Source of the DNA: Mobula hypostoma
Taxonomy: Eukaryota
NCBI RefSeq assembly: GCF_963921235.1
Contig: NC_086097.1
Location: 8,680,001 to 8,744,000 of the forward strand
DNA: 64,000 nucleotides
Direction of reading: 5' to 3'
The stretch's first letter is position 1, and the number at the start of each line of letters is the position of its first letter. Positions 62,411 to 64,000 of this stretch are shown here, one piece after another. Made by a program: the position numbers and the translations under genes. Under the pieces are notes generated by a model. That model saw only the letters and a list, made by a program, of their open reading frames with translations. It was not told the origin of the DNA and did not search any database.

Positions 62411-62703
62411 TTATTTTATTTATTTATTTACTTATTTATTTCGAGTTACATCACAGTTGGCACTTCTGGTCCAACGAGCCACACCTCACAGCAGGCCATT
62501 GATTTAACATTGGCCTAATTACAGAGCAATTTACGATGATGAATTAATCTACTTACCAGTACAGCTTTGAACTGTAGGAGGAATCCCACATGATCACAGG
62601 AAAAATGTACAAACTCCTGACAGATGGTCCTGGAATTGAACCCTGAACTCCAAAACAACCTTAGCTCTAATAGTATCACGCTAACTGCAACACTGCCGTG
62701 GCT
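62411..62703 (-). mobile_element. V-SINE, degenerate
   Basis: (TTTA)n tail and tRNA head in reverse. Confidence 0.7.
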
Positions 62704-62917
62704 ATGATTCATGGAAGTACTGCCTGAGTCTGTACTGCTATGCACTCTGATCTTCATAGAAATATTACGCTGGAGGTCTTATTTGTATTCCCAACAGAGC
62801 AAGTAAGCTTCAGCATATGTCTCATCTGAAAGATAGGAAATGGGGTAATGGAAGGAGATAAAAAGCCATGATATGACACTCTATAATCAGAAATTACCTC
62901 ATGCAGATTTATGGATA

Positions 62918-63170
62918 ACAACACACGCAAAATGCTGGAGGAACTCAGCAAGTCAGGCTACATCTATGGAAATGAATGAACAGTCGATGTTTCAGGCTGA
63001 GACCATTCTTCAGGACTGGAAAGGAAGGGGAAAGGCACTAGGACATAAAGGTGTGGGAGGAGAAGGAGGATAGTTAGAAGGTGTTGGGTGATCCCAGGTG
63101 GGTGGGAAAAGTACAGAGCTGGAGAGGAAGGAATCTGATAGGAGAGGAGAGGACCATCGAAACATGTGAA
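62918..63170 (-). mobile_element. Penelope-derived 3' end fragment with hammerhead motif
   Basis: Minus strand CAGTC-CTGAAGA-ATGGTCTCAGCCT-GAAAC-ATC-GACTG at about 62981-63018. Confidence 0.8.
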
Positions 63171-63184
63171 TATGGATGGTGTTG

Positions 63185-63497
63185 TGGGCACGTGGCCAAG
63201 TGGTTAAGGCATTGGACTAGCGACCTGAAGGTCGTGAGTTCGAGCCCCAGCCGAGGCAACATGTTGTATCCTTGAGCAAGGCACTTAATCACGCATTGCT
63301 CTGCGACGACACTGGTGCCAAGCTGTATGGGTCCTGATGCCCTTCCCTTGGACAACATCGGTGTCGTGGTGAGGGGAGACTTGCAGCATGGGCAAATGCC
63401 GGTCTTCCATACAACCTTGGCCAGGCCTGCGCCCTGGAGAGTGAAGACTTTCCAGGCGCAGATCCATGGTCTCGCAAGACTAACAGATGCCTTTAAA
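63185..63497 (+). mobile_element. tRNA-derived SINE with CORE-like segment, full length
   Basis: A box tggccaagtgg, B box gttcgagcc, CORE-like tccttgagcaaggcacttaa. Confidence 0.85.
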
Positions 63498-63844
63498 TTT
63501 AATTGTACAGAAGCATATTTGTGGGTTCAGTTAGTGAAACAGCAGACACTGATTGTGGATAAGTACAGCAACTGTTTATTCACAAATAAGCGATAAAATA
63601 TTTCACTCACATGTAAGTCCAACAAGCATTCATCCAAGTACCCAGACTATAGAAACTACAACACTGAACACTCAATACACTTGTTAAATCTGTCCAAGTT
63701 ACACAACAAGATCAGGCAAACAATAAACAACTACTTAACTAGGTGTGAACTCGAAGCATGAGCCCTCCCCTGTTAACTGTAACACACCTTCCAAATCGTT
63801 TCTCCAGTGCTGCCTGCAGCTCACAGCCTGGAGTGGTTCAGGGT

Positions 63845-64000
63845 TTAAGGCATCCGTTAGTCTTGCGAGAGCATGTATCTGCACCTGGAAAGTCTTCACT
63901 CTCCAGGGCGCAGGCCTGGGCAAGGTTGTATGGAAGACCAGCAGTTGTCCATGCTGCAAGTCTCCCCTCTCCACGACACCAATGTTGTCCAAGGGAAGGG
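63845..64000 (-). mobile_element. Same SINE family, inverted copy running off the window end
   Basis: Reverse complement of about 63342-63495. Confidence 0.9.

Noticed and set aside
63185..63260. tRNA gene
   Set aside because: A and B boxes belong to a SINE head; no proper acceptor stem or terminator.
1..64000. CRISPR arrays, operons or other prokaryotic systems
   Set aside because: The sequence is vertebrate repeat DNA with no regularly spaced repeat-spacer structure.

Overview
Eukaryotic, repeat-saturated vertebrate DNA. The repeat set (V-SINEs, CR1, Rex1/Babar, GIY-YIG Penelope fragments, RTE, R4/Dong, HERO) points to a cartilaginous fish, probably a ray; that assignment is inference. 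I found no host protein-coding gene or convincing exon, and every recognisable ORF is transposon-derived and disrupted. The largest elements are a near-complete CR1 ORF2 (25.9-28.9 kb, minus), a deleted Gypsy element split by a second CR1 (38.1-41.2 kb), a solo LTR with a 4-bp TSD (50.9-51.6 kb) and a near full-length HERO-type REL retrotransposon (57.0-60.9 kb, minus). The most interesting signals are RNA structures. First, the HERO 3' UTR holds all hammerhead ribozyme core elements, with perfect stems I and III, but in a non-circularly permuted (pseudoknotted) order, and the element has a 41-bp terminal redundancy. Second, many Penelope-derived ends carry minimal type I hammerheads with visible covariation. 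Boundaries of old repeats are approximate (tens of bp). All family calls come from motif recognition by eye, not from database searches.
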